DNA of 19,681 nucleotides, taken from the NCBI GenBank assembly GCA_031431875.1, contig JANPEF010000018.1:1-19681 (forward strand). The letters are read 5' to 3'. Shown piece after piece: positions 6,918 to 15,901 of this stretch. Position numbers and translations under genes: made by a program. The DNA comes from Candidatus Eiseniibacteriota bacterium (GTDB taxonomy: Bacteria > Eisenbacteria > RBG-16-71-46 > DASYSL01). Under the pieces are notes generated by a model, which was not told the DNA's origin, made no database searches, and saw only the letters and a list, made by a program, of their open reading frames with translations. How positions within the stretch are numbered: position 1 is the stretch's first letter; the number at the start of each line of letters is the position of its first letter.

Positions 6918-9614
6918 ATGCCGCTCTCCGCCGGAACCCGTGTCGGCCCGTACGAGATCGTCGCCCCGCTCGGCGCTGGCGGAATGGGCGAGGTGTACCG
7001 CGCCCGCGATCCGCGCCTGGGGCGCGACGTGGCGATCAAGGCGTTGCCCGCCGAGTTCTCGCGCGACCCCGAGCGTCTTGCCCGCTTCGAGCGCGAGGCA
7101 CGGCTGCTGGCCTCGCTCTCACACCCCAACATCGCCGGGATTCACGGCCTCGAGGAGGTCGACGGCGCGCGCTACCTCGTGCTCGAACTCGTCGAGGGCG
7201 AGACGCTGGCCGACCGACTGGTCCGCGGGCCGTTGCCCGTCGACGAGGCGATCGACATCGCGCGGCAGATCGCGACGGGCGTGGAGGCGGCGCACGAGAA
7301 CGGGGTCGTCCACCGGGACCTCAAGCCTGCGAACGTGATGCTCACGCCGGTGGGCGCGGTCAAGGTGCTCGACTTCGGTCTCGCCAAGTCCGGAGCGAGC
7401 GAGCCCGCCGCCGTCGATCCGGGGGCGTCGGCCTCGCCCACGATGACCTACAACCCGACGCAGGCAGGCATCGTCCTGGGCACCGCGGCCTACATGAGCC
7501 CGGAGCAGGCGCGCGGTCGGCCGGTCGACAAGCGCACGGACATCTGGTCGTTCGGCTGCGTGCTCTTCGAGTGCCTGACCGGTCGCCGAGTGTTCGCGGG
7601 CGAGACGTCGTCGGACCTGGTCGCGCACATCCTCAAGACCGAGCCCGACTGGAGCCGCCTGCCGGCCGCGACGCCCGCGCGCGTGCGCGCGCTGCTCGAG
7701 CGCTGCCTGCGCAAGGACGCGCGCGAGCGCCTGCGCGACATCGGCGAGGCGCGCATCCTGCTGGCCGCGCCGTCGCAACCCGAGGACTCGGCGGCCCCGC
7801 CGCGCACCCGCAGCGGCGGCGTGCCGTGGTGGTTTGCGGCGGCGGCCGTCCTGGCCGTGGCCGCGCTCGCGGTCTTCGCTACGATGCGCCTGGGCCCCGG
7901 CACGCGGTCTGGCCTGGTGCGCAAGTTCGACCTGCTGGCGAAGGACCTGGTGTTCGACTGGCCGGTGACGCCGCGCCTGTCGCCAGACGGCTCGCGCTTT
8001 GCCTACGCATCCGCGAACCAGCTCTGGGTGCGCGACCTCGACCAGCTCGCGCCGCGTGCGGTGGCCGACCTCCAGGAGCCGATGGCGTTCGCGTGGTCGC
8101 CCGACTCGCAGGAGCTCGTGTATGGCGACCGCAAGCAACTGTGGCGGGTCGGCCTGGCCGGCGGGGCGCCGAGCGCGGTGTGCGAAGTGCCGGCCACGGG
8201 GAAGCTGATCGGCGTGACGTGGAGCGCCCGGGGAGTAATCGCGTTCTCGGTCTGGCGGGATCGCATGTACCAGGTTCCGGCGCTGGGCGGCAATCCGAGC
8301 GTGCTGATCGAGATCGACCCTGACACGCAGATCGACTTTCACTGTCCGACCTGGCTCCCGAACGGGGACCTGCTCTACGTGACGCACTGGAAGAGCGAGC
8401 GCGACAGCGCCGGGACGGTGAAGCGCGCGCTCACGATCTTCGACGGAAAGCGGCAGATCGGAATTCCAGGGGAGTTCGGAAACTCGCCGGACGACATGCC
8501 GACCCTCACCTCCAGCGGGCGCCTGCTGTTCCTGCGCGTCGGGGCGACGCCCGGAGCCTGGTCGGCGCCGTTCGACCTGGCGCACCATCGCGCCACCGGT
8601 CCGCCGATCCTCGTGGCGGCGGGGGCCGTCACGATCAGCGCCGCCGACGATGGTTCCCTGCTCTACGTCGAAGGGTCCGGGAACAGCGTCACGCGGGAAC
8701 TGGTCTGGGTGGATCGCGCGGGGAAGGACATTGCGGCGCTGGGCAAGCCGCACCGCGGACTCGGTCGCGCCCGGCTTTCGCCCGACGGCCGGCGCATCGC
8801 GTTCACGGCCAGCCATGGCGACAACGAAGACGTCTGGGTTCTCGACGTGGCGAGTGACACCGAGACGCGCCTCACCTTCGGCCCGCTCCGCGAAGTGTCC
8901 CCGGAGTGGATGGCGTCCTCGTCCACGCTCGCCTACATCGAGCTGGAGCCGGGCGGCATGCAGGGCCGCGTGTTGTCCATTCACGCCGACGGCTCCGGCG
9001 GCCAGCGACCGTTCGCGCCGCCGGCCTCCATCGTATCCCTCAACTGCAACGTGATGCTGGCTCCGGATGGGAGATCGGCGATCCGCATCGTCGATGAGCG
9101 CGGTCACGGGAGCTTGAAGCTGGGCCCGGTGCTCCCCGACGGTAGCCTCGGATCGCTCGGGCCGCTCCTGCCCCAGGTCCCGGCGCCCAACGTCGCCGAC
9201 GCGCGTATCTCGCCCGACGGTCGGCTGGTCGCGTACCAGACCGACAACCTGGGCCAGGTCGACGTCTTCCTGGCCCGCTTCCCCGACGGCAAGGGGCAGT
9301 GGCAGGTCGGCTCCGGAGGCGGGTTTCGGCCCCGCTGGGCGCGCGACAGCGGAGAGCTGTTCTTCCTCGCCGGCAGCGGGCCCACCAACCGCGGCATGGC
9401 CACAGCGAGGGTGGATCCCTCGCAGAATCCGCCGCTCGGAGCGATCACGCCGCTGTTCGACACCCGGGGCCGCGACCTGACCGACTTCGACGTGACCGCG
9501 GATGGCCTGCGACTCCTGTTCACGCGCCCCGTCGGCGGCGGGGATCCGTCCACGCAACACCTGGTGCTGGTCCAGAACTGGGAGCGGGAGAGTGCGGCGA
9601 AGGGTGGGCGCTGA
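6918..9614 (+). CDS. Hanks-type Ser/Thr protein kinase with a hydrophobic (putative TM) segment and TolB-like/PD40 beta-propeller repeats, 898 aa
   Basis: Kinase motifs LGAGGMGEVY, VAIK, HRDLKPAN, DFG, GTAAYMSPEQ and DIWSFG. Hydrophobic segment VPWWFAAAAVLAVAALAVFA. Repeated P-x-[LI]SPDG and WSPD motifs. Confidence 0.95.
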   Translation: MPLSAGTRVGPYEIVAPLGAGGMGEVYRARDPRLGRDVAIKALPAEFSRDPERLARFEREARLLASLSHPNIAGIHGLEEVDGARYLVLELVEGETLADRLVRGPLPVDEAIDIARQIATGVEAAHENGVVHRDLKPANVMLTPVGAVKVLDFGLAKSGASEPAAVDPGASASPTMTYNPTQAGIVLGTAAYMSPEQARGRPVDKRTDIWSFGCVLFECLTGRRVFAGETSSDLVAHILKTEPDWSRLPAATPARVRALLERCLRKDARERLRDIGEARILLAAPSQPEDSAAPPRTRSGGVPWWFAAAAVLAVAALAVFATMRLGPGTRSGLVRKFDLLAKDLVFDWPVTPRLSPDGSRFAYASANQLWVRDLDQLAPRAVADLQEPMAFAWSPDSQELVYGDRKQLWRVGLAGGAPSAVCEVPATGKLIGVTWSARGVIAFSVWRDRMYQVPALGGNPSVLIEIDPDTQIDFHCPTWLPNGDLLYVTHWKSERDSAGTVKRALTIFDGKRQIGIPGEFGNSPDDMPTLTSSGRLLFLRVGATPGAWSAPFDLAHHRATGPPILVAAGAVTISAADDGSLLYVEGSGNSVTRELVWVDRAGKDIAALGKPHRGLGRARLSPDGRRIAFTASHGDNEDVWVLDVASDTETRLTFGPLREVSPEWMASSSTLAYIELEPGGMQGRVLSIHADGSGGQRPFAPPASIVSLNCNVMLAPDGRSAIRIVDERGHGSLKLGPVLPDGSLGSLGPLLPQVPAPNVADARISPDGRLVAYQTDNLGQVDVFLARFPDGKGQWQVGSGGGFRPRWARDSGELFFLAGSGPTNRGMATARVDPSQNPPLGAITPLFDTRGRDLTDFDVTADGLRLLFTRPVGGGDPSTQHLVLVQNWERESAAKGGR

Positions 9615-9627
9615 TGCGGGAGGAACG

Positions 9628-10080
9628 ATGAGTCTGCGAAACTGGATCCTGCTCGGCGCTGTGCTCGTGGTCCCCGTCCAGGCGCAGCCGGCGCTTGCGC
9701 GCGATGAGGTCGCCGCCGTGAAGGCCACCGTGAAGGCCTACTACTCCAGCTATGCCCAGCGCGACACGCTGGCGTATCGCGCCGCGCTCACCGAGGACTA
9801 CGCGCTCCTCGAGCACGGCACCATGCTCGATGCGGCGGGGGACATCGCATTGTTGGGCCCGCCCGACTCGACCTATCGGCGCAGCGATGCCTTCGACTTT
9901 CGCAGCGTGAAGGTACAGGGCGACGTGGCCTACGCCGTCTACTTCCTCAAGTCCGAGATCAAGGACCGCGAAGGATTGCGCCAGAAGGAATGGCTCGAGA
10001 GCATGATCCTGAGGCGCACCGGGAGTGCGTGGCGCGTCGCGTTGCTGCACTCGACGCGGATCAAGCCCCCGGGCAAGTAG
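9628..10080 (+). CDS. Secreted NTF2-like (SnoaL/DUF4440-type) protein, 150 aa
   Basis: GGAGG RBS before ATG 9628. Signal peptide, then VKATVKAYYSSYAQRD...LTEDY...VKVQGDVAY...ESMILRRTGSAWRVALLHST. Confidence 0.82.
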   Translation: MSLRNWILLGAVLVVPVQAQPALARDEVAAVKATVKAYYSSYAQRDTLAYRAALTEDYALLEHGTMLDAAGDIALLGPPDSTYRRSDAFDFRSVKVQGDVAYAVYFLKSEIKDREGLRQKEWLESMILRRTGSAWRVALLHSTRIKPPGK

Positions 10081-10155
10081 GGCGCCCGGCCGACCGGCAT
10101 GCGCACTCTCCCCGGCCACGCGAATTCGGGCAGCCGCCACGGGGGAAAGCCGCGA

Positions 10156-10184
10156 TTGACCGCCCGCGGGGCCGGGCCTAGGAT
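10156..10184 (+). promoter_or_regulatory. sigma70-type promoter for 10304
   Basis: TTGACC (10156-10161), 17-nt spacer, TAGGAT (10179-10184). Confidence 0.6.
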
Positions 10185-10303
10185 CGTCGGGCGTCGGCCT
10201 TGATCCCCCCCCCGACTTTTCGACGCCCCGGCCCGAGGTTCGGCCCCTGAACTCGTCCGAACCGACCCCATCCGGCAGTCCAATTTCTGAGAGGATCCCC
10301 GAC

Positions 10304-10948
10304 ATGAAGAAGTGGCTTCTGCCCGTGGCGCTTGCCTGCGCGGCCACCTGGGCAATCGTTCCCGCCGCCCTGGCGAGCACCGACCTGTACATCTCCGAGT
10401 ACGTCGAAGGCTCGTCGAACAACAAGGCGATCGAGATCAAGAACCACACGGGCGCGGCGGTCGACCTGGCCCTGGGAGGGTACAAGCTCCAGCACTACTT
10501 CAACGGGGCCGTGACGGCCACGAACACGATCACGCTGACCGGGATCATCGCGGACAACGACGTGTTCGTCGTCGTCCACTCGTCCGCGGCCGCAGGGCTG
10601 CTCGGGCTCGGCGACCAGACCAGTGGCAGCCTCAACTTCAACGGCGACGACGCCGTCGTCCTGGTGAAGGGTGCCGGGAACACCACCGTCGATGTCTTCG
10701 GCCAGATCGGCTTCGACCCTGGAACCGAGTGGGGCGCCGGCCTGCAGAGCACCATGGACAACACGCTGCGCCGGAAGCCCGCGGTCTGCGACGGCGACAT
10801 CAACGGCTCGAACGTGTTCGATCCGACGATCGAGTGGGACGGATTCGCCACGGACACGTTCGCGGGAGTCGGTGTCCACGACGACGCCTGCGGGCCGGTG
10901 CCCGTGCTGAACAGCTCGTGGGGCTCGGTCAAGTCGCTGTACCGATAG
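10304..10948 (+). CDS. Secreted lamin-tail-domain (LTD) protein with C-terminal SWGxVK tail, 214 aa
   Basis: GAGAGGA RBS and signal peptide. [29 protein letters not shown]...[11 protein letters not shown]...VDVFG...TLRRK matches the LTD seen at the N-terminus of ExeM/NucH-type extracellular nucleases. Ends [16 protein letters not shown]. Confidence 0.9.
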   Translation: MKKWLLPVALACAATWAIVPAALASTDLYISEYVEGSSNNKAIEIKNHTGAAVDLALGGYKLQHYFNGAVTATNTITLTGIIADNDVFVVVHSSAAAGLLGLGDQTSGSLNFNGDDAVVLVKGAGNTTVDVFGQIGFDPGTEWGAGLQSTMDNTLRRKPAVCDGDINGSNVFDPTIEWDGFATDTFAGVGVHDDACGPVPVLNSSWGSVKSLYR

Positions 10949-10967
10949 TCGACGAATTCCGAATCGG

Positions 10968-11009
10968 CGACGACCACGTTCGCGTTGCGGGCGTGGTCGT
11001 CGTGTTCGT
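10968..11009 (+). terminator. Intrinsic terminator-like hairpin
   Basis: CGACGACCACG (10968-10978) pairs perfectly with CGTGGTCGTCG (10992-11002), followed by TGTTCGT. Confidence 0.6.
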
Positions 11010-11140
11010 GGGACCCAGCGCGTCGCGTGCAAATGATCACGACATACCACCTAAGTCCGGAAAAGACTCGCGCCTGGCGCCCCGCTCGTGTAGCTTCGTC
11101 CACCTCCCCCTGCCGGCCCCACGACCCCTCCGAGGTCGCC

Positions 11141-14100
11141 ATGAATCGTTCCACCTCGTCGATCGCACCCGGCTTCCTCTCCTTCGGCGTCGCCCTCGCC
11201 CTGGCACTGCCGGGCCTACCCGAGTCCCGGGCCGGCGAACTGGCCGACGTGTTTCCCACGCTGCCGTGGTCTCCGTCCGGCACGAGCCCCGGCCAGGGGC
11301 TCGGCTACAGCGCCGCGCCCGCCGGGGACGTCAACGGAGATGGCTACGGGGACGTCGTGGCCAGCACGGCCACCGAGGACACCGCGCAGGTTCGGGCCCT
11401 GTTGTACCTCGGCGGGCCGAACGGCCCTTCGCTCGTTCCCGCCTGGACGTTCAGCACCGGCCCCGCGGACACGCGTTTCGTCCGCCCTGCCGGGGACGTC
11501 AACGGCGACGGCTACGGCGACATCCTGTTGACCCTCCCTTACGCGACCTTCCTCAATCATCCCAGCGCCGGCCGCGTCGCGATCTTCCACGGCGGACCCG
11601 CGGGACTCCCGGCGGCGCCGAACTACGAGCTCCTCCCGCCGTCGCCGGCGGACGCACAATTCTTCGGCAACTCTGCGGACTTCGCCGGGGACGTCAACGG
11701 CGACGGCTTCTCCGACGTCGTCGTGTCGACCTCGCTCTACGTGGAGGGCGGCATTCAGCGGCGCGGTGCGGCGTACATCTATCACGGCGGTTCGGCGGGC
11801 CTGGCGGCCGCGCCTGCGCGAACGCTCATCGGCCCGGCGGCCTCGACCCGGTTCGGCGAGAAGGCTGCCACGGCGGGCGACGTGAATGGCGATGGCTTCG
11901 ACGACGTCATCATCAGCGCCCCCGAGGCGGACTCACCGTTTCCCCGCGGCGGGATCGTGCGGATCTTCCATGGCTCGGCGACGGGGATCGAGGCGGTCCA
12001 GAACGTGGAGTTCCCGGGGCTGAGCATCGATGCGCTCTGCGGCGTTTCCGTGTCGACGGCCGGCGACGTGAACGGGGACGGCTACGCCGATGTCCTGTTC
12101 GGCTCGCCCGGCAACGGTGTGGCGGTCGGTCGCGCCGACATCGCCTTCGGGGGCCCGGACGGAGCCGGCTCGCGCACGCAACTGAACAACCCGAACCCCG
12201 TGGCGCTGGAACGCTACGGGCTCGTTGTCGCCACGCTCGGCGACACCGACGGCGACGGCTACTCCGAGTTCGCGGTCAGCGGCCGGAACCCCCCGACGAA
12301 CAACGGGCACGCCATCGTGTTCGGCGGCGGCCCCGCGTTCGTCCAGCTGGGGGAGCTCATCTCGCCACCGGGCGGAGACCAATTCGCCGGGTCGATCGGC
12401 CCATCCGGCGACGTCGACGGGGACGGGTTGAGCGAGATCCTCGTCTCCGATTTCGGTGCCGCCCCCAACTCCGCGGGTCGGATCTACCTGCGCGATCGGC
12501 AACGGAGGATCCTCGGCACCGCGACGGGCTGGCCGCTGATCGGACCGCAGCTCGGGACGCGCTTCGGCAACTCGCTGGCGATCGTCCAGATCCGCAGCAT
12601 TCTCGCGTTGCCGCGGCTCGTGATCGGCGACCCGCAGTTCGACGGCTTCGGACGCGTCACCGAGTACGAGGGCGGTGGCGTGGCCGGCCTCTCGACCACG
12701 ATCCGCCACGCGGTGACGAGCAACATCAACGCGCAGGCCCTGGGAACACGCGTCGCCGACGCCGGCGACTTCGACGGCGACGGTTTCGGCGACTACGTCG
12801 TGTCGTCGCCGGGGATCAATGGGGGAACGTTCCAGAACCCGATCTCCCAGGTCGGTCGCGTCGACCTCGTGCGCGGCACGGAGACGGCGCCGGCGGCGCC
12901 GGTCCCGCTGCTGGCGGGCACGCGCGACTTCGACCGCGTGGGCAGTGCCCTGGCCGGCCGCGGCGACGTCAACGGAGACGGCTACCACGACGTGCTGATC
13001 GGCGCGCGCGAGGCGGACACGGCGACGCTGTCGAACGCCGGCAAGGCATGGGTCGTCTTCGGCGGCCCCACACCGCCGGCCCCGTGGACGATCGAGGGCA
13101 GCCAGGCGGGCCAGGGTCTGGGCGCCGGCGTCGCGTTGCTCGACTTCGACGGCGACGGCTGGACCGACGTGGCGATCGGCTCGACATCGCCGTTCGGCGG
13201 ACCGCAGCTCGGCGGGAAGGTGCAGGTCCACTACGGCAGCCCGAGTGGTCCCGCAATCGCTCCCGGATTCGTCCTCACCTCGACGGGCGTCACGTTCGGG
13301 TCGGCCGTGGCCGCACTCGGCGACGTCAATGGCGACGGCGTGTCCGATCTCGGCGTCGGCGCACCGCTCGAGGACAACAAGGGTGTCGCGCGCGTCTACG
13401 CAGGCTCGCGCGGCCGCTCGCAATCGCGCGCGACGATCAAGACCTACGCCGGCACGCAGGATGGCGGGCGCATGGGCGAGACGATGGCGGGCGGCGGCGA
13501 CATCGACGGCGACGGCTTCGGCGAGTTCGCGATCGGCCAGCCGGGATTCGACGGCGGGCAGACCGACGAGGGCCGCGCCTTCCTGTATTTCGGCGCGCTC
13601 CTCCTGCCCGAGGCGCAGCCCACCGTCACGCTCGAGCCGAACCTGTTCGGCGCCGAGATGGGAGGGAGCCTCGCGCCGCTGGCCGACGTCAATGCCGACG
13701 GATTCGCCGACTGGATCGTCGGCGCGCCCGGCGCGGGTCGCGTCTTCGTCGGGCTCGGCGGCGGGGGGCGCGGCCGTCGGCACCAGCTCCTGTTGCTCGA
13801 TCCGCTCGCCGGTCGCCTGCTCCACTCGCCGACGCAGAGCTCGAGCGATCACGCCGTGATGGCCGCGCTCTTCCCGCACGCCCCGATGGGTCGCACGAAG
13901 ATGGGCCTGCAGTTCGAGGTGCGCACCCAGAACGAGGTCTTCACCGGCGTGCCGACGAACACGACTCCGGTCGAGTACGTGGCCGGCAATCCGGAGGACG
14001 GCGGGACCGTGAGCGAGGAACTCGACATCCCGCAGGCGGCGACCGCGTTCCACGTGCGAGTGCGCCAGTACACGCGCTCGCCCTACTTCCAGCGCTCGCC

Positions 14101-14485
14101 GTGGGTGGCCGTCGACGCGCGCTCGATGGGCGAGCACGACTTCCGCTTCGCCGGCGCCGCGGTGTCGGTGGAACCATTCGAGCCCGCGCGGGTGGACCGG
14201 CCGAGTCTGCGTGCCGTGGCGCCGAGCCCGGCCGGCGGAACGACCGCGTCGCGCATCGCGTTCTCGCTGCCGCACGCGGCGCGCGCGCGACTCGACATCC
14301 ACGACGTGCGCGGCGCACGGGTACGCCGGCTCTTCGATGGCGACGCGACGGCGGGCACGACGACGCTCGCCTGGGACGGTCGCGACAACTCCGGGCGCAC
14401 AGCGCCCGCAGGGATCTACTTCGTGCGCTTCGCCGCCGAGGGTGAGCAAGAGACTGCGCGCTTCGTGCGGCTCGGGGGGTGGTGA
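11141..14485 (+). CDS. Secreted FG-GAP (integrin-alpha-like) repeat protein with C-terminal FlgD-Ig/T9SS-CTD-like domain, 1114 aa
   Basis: GAGGT RBS before ATG 11141 and a signal peptide. Thirteen GD[VFIT][ND]GDGxx[DE]-type Ca-binding loops plus one degenerate blade. C-terminus ...IAFSLP..ARARLDIHDVRGARVRRL...LAWDGRDNSGRTAPAGIYFVRF. Confidence 0.92.
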   Translation: MNRSTSSIAPGFLSFGVALALALPGLPESRAGELADVFPTLPWSPSGTSPGQGLGYSAAPAGDVNGDGYGDVVASTATEDTAQVRALLYLGGPNGPSLVPAWTFSTGPADTRFVRPAGDVNGDGYGDILLTLPYATFLNHPSAGRVAIFHGGPAGLPAAPNYELLPPSPADAQFFGNSADFAGDVNGDGFSDVVVSTSLYVEGGIQRRGAAYIYHGGSAGLAAAPARTLIGPAASTRFGEKAATAGDVNGDGFDDVIISAPEADSPFPRGGIVRIFHGSATGIEAVQNVEFPGLSIDALCGVSVSTAGDVNGDGYADVLFGSPGNGVAVGRADIAFGGPDGAGSRTQLNNPNPVALERYGLVVATLGDTDGDGYSEFAVSGRNPPTNNGHAIVFGGGPAFVQLGELISPPGGDQFAGSIGPSGDVDGDGLSEILVSDFGAAPNSAGRIYLRDRQRRILGTATGWPLIGPQLGTRFGNSLAIVQIRSILALPRLVIGDPQFDGFGRVTEYEGGGVAGLSTTIRHAVTSNINAQALGTRVADAGDFDGDGFGDYVVSSPGINGGTFQNPISQVGRVDLVRGTETAPAAPVPLLAGTRDFDRVGSALAGRGDVNGDGYHDVLIGAREADTATLSNAGKAWVVFGGPTPPAPWTIEGSQAGQGLGAGVALLDFDGDGWTDVAIGSTSPFGGPQLGGKVQVHYGSPSGPAIAPGFVLTSTGVTFGSAVAALGDVNGDGVSDLGVGAPLEDNKGVARVYAGSRGRSQSRATIKTYAGTQDGGRMGETMAGGGDIDGDGFGEFAIGQPGFDGGQTDEGRAFLYFGALLLPEAQPTVTLEPNLFGAEMGGSLAPLADVNADGFADWIVGAPGAGRVFVGLGGGGRGRRHQLLLLDPLAGRLLHSPTQSSSDHAVMAALFPHAPMGRTKMGLQFEVRTQNEVFTGVPTNTTPVEYVAGNPEDGGTVSEELDIPQAATAFHVRVRQYTRSPYFQRSPWVAVDARSMGEHDFRFAGAAVSVEPFEPARVDRPSLRAVAPSPAGGTTASRIAFSLPHAARARLDIHDVRGARVRRLFDGDATAGTTTLAWDGRDNSGRTAPAGIYFVRFAAEGEQETARFVRLGGW

Positions 14486-14493
14486 GTCGTGAC

Positions 14494-15129
14494 CTATCGG
14501 TAGAGATCCTTCAGGCCACCCCATGTCGTCGGCTGCGCTGGCGTCGCAACGCCATCGAGGGTCGCCATCACGTATCCGGACCGGATCTGCGTGAAGTCGA
14601 AGAACAGGATCGTGAAGGTCTTGCCCTCGAACACGCTCAGCTCCGGGAACTCCCGCGGGATCGCCTGCGACCCGAACACCGTCCCCTGCACGTCGTCGAG
14701 CGTGTACGTCAGCGACTGCATCATGGTGTTGCCGAGGGGCGGGGTCGTGATGCCACCCTGCACCTGCGCCGAGTACTGATCGTACGGCGCGTTGTTGGTC
14801 ACCGTGGTGAGCGAGAACGTCGGCACGCCGACACCCGCCCAGGTGTCGATGGAGAATGCGAACTCCGTGAGCGCGTCCTGGTAGCCGGTGACGTACGCGT
14901 CCTGCGGCACTCCTGTCGCATTGCGCTCGATCGTGTACTGAAAGGTCACCGCCTGGCCCAGCGAAAACAGGCCGGTGAGATCGGCCGTATTGCCCGAGCC
15001 ATTGGTGACCGTCGTGAGCACACCGGTGAACTGGTGCGTGACCTCCTCGGCCTGTACACGCGGAGCAACGAGCAGGAGCGATACGAGAATGAGCGCACTG
15101 CGAGAACGGATCTTCGTAACCAGGTCCAT
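14494..15129 (-). CDS. Secreted protein of unknown function with C-terminal TWGxLK tail, 211 aa
   Basis: GGAGGA RBS before ATG 15129. Signal peptide MDLVTKIRSRSALILVSLLLVAPRVQA. T/F-rich beta domain ending TPAQPTTWGGLKDLYR. Confidence 0.87.
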   Translation of the reverse strand: MDLVTKIRSRSALILVSLLLVAPRVQAEEVTHQFTGVLTTVTNGSGNTADLTGLFSLGQAVTFQYTIERNATGVPQDAYVTGYQDALTEFAFSIDTWAGVGVPTFSLTTVTNNAPYDQYSAQVQGGITTPPLGNTMMQSLTYTLDDVQGTVFGSQAIPREFPELSVFEGKTFTILFFDFTQIRSGYVMATLDGVATPAQPTTWGGLKDLYR

Positions 15130-15360
15130 GGAATCCTCCGGGAGCGGGCGGGGCTGTAACGCGTGCCCAACGGGGGGGGCACCTACGGTACACCCGTGAG
15201 ACGACGCAGGAAACCCCACATCAGCAAACGCCGCTGCACTCGGACCGAACGCCCACTAAATTGTTGTCCCACAAGGATGGCGCGAATCCCGTGAGGCCGG
15301 GTCGGAAGGATGGGAGACGCGGCCAGCGCCATCCAAATCAACGCTTGCGGGCCAGAACCC

Positions 15361-15389
15361 TTGCAACGGCCATCGCCAAGGCGTATTGT
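15361..15389 (+). promoter_or_regulatory. sigma70-type promoter for the 15476-18267 operon
   Basis: TTGCAA (15361-15366), 17-nt spacer, TATTGT (15384-15389). Confidence 0.55.
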
Positions 15390-15475
15390 CCCTGCGCCTT
15401 CTCTCCCCTCCACACACCATGCCTGCTCCTGGGCTGCGCTGAGCTGTGCCCCACGGTTGTCATTCGGAGGTTTCC

Positions 15476-15901
15476 ATGCGTTCCGCCGCACCCCTGCTGC
15501 TCGCCATCATAATTGTGGTCAGCCTCTCCACTCGCGTCGGCGCCGCACCGCCCGCCACATCTCCCTCCGCAAAGGCGCCCGAGATCGTGACGGTCGGCAG
15601 CGCACCGTACGTGCTCACGGCCGCCCATCGCGCCAAGCTGGCCGAGAGCCTCCGCCAGTACGAACTCCGGCGGTCCATTGCGGCGACGCGGGCCACCATT
15701 CCTGCAGACGGCCTCCGGGTCCCCGCGGCGATGATCCCGCCCAAGTCCGCGTTCCTCGAGACCCGCGAGGCGGCAGGCGTGTCGCGGAATCGTTTCAAGG
15801 TCGGCCAGCCATCCGCCGCCGGCGCACCTGTCCTCCCGGCCCCGACCTATGGTCCGGCCACCATCAAGGCAATGAGCAGCGAGAAGGCAGGCCAGCCATG
15901 A
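15476..15901 (+). CDS. Small Ala/Pro-rich secreted hypothetical protein, 141 aa
   Basis: GGAGGT RBS at 15466-15471. Signal-like MRSAAPLLLAIIIVVSLSTRVGA. Stop overlaps the next start (ATGA 15898-15901). Confidence 0.68.
   Translation: MRSAAPLLLAIIIVVSLSTRVGAAPPATSPSAKAPEIVTVGSAPYVLTAAHRAKLAESLRQYELRRSIAATRATIPADGLRVPAAMIPPKSAFLETREAAGVSRNRFKVGQPSAAGAPVLPAPTYGPATIKAMSSEKAGQP

Noticed and set aside
7119..9728. 869-aa antisense ORF and the 491-aa off-frame ORF at 6848-8323
   Set aside because: Both overlap an unambiguous kinase gene and have shadow-type composition.
11320..13720. Recurring GGCGACGTCAACGGCGACGG DNA repeats as a CRISPR or REP array
   Set aside because: They are in-frame codons of FG-GAP Ca-binding loops with synonymous variation and spacing far longer than CRISPR spacers.
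10312..14445. 1377-aa plus-strand ORF
   Set aside because: Arg-rich off-frame shadow of the LTD and FG-GAP genes. It crosses a terminator and has no domain motifs.
11933..15193. 1086-aa minus-strand ORF
   Set aside because: Antisense/off-frame shadow of real genes, expected at high GC. No RBS or motifs.
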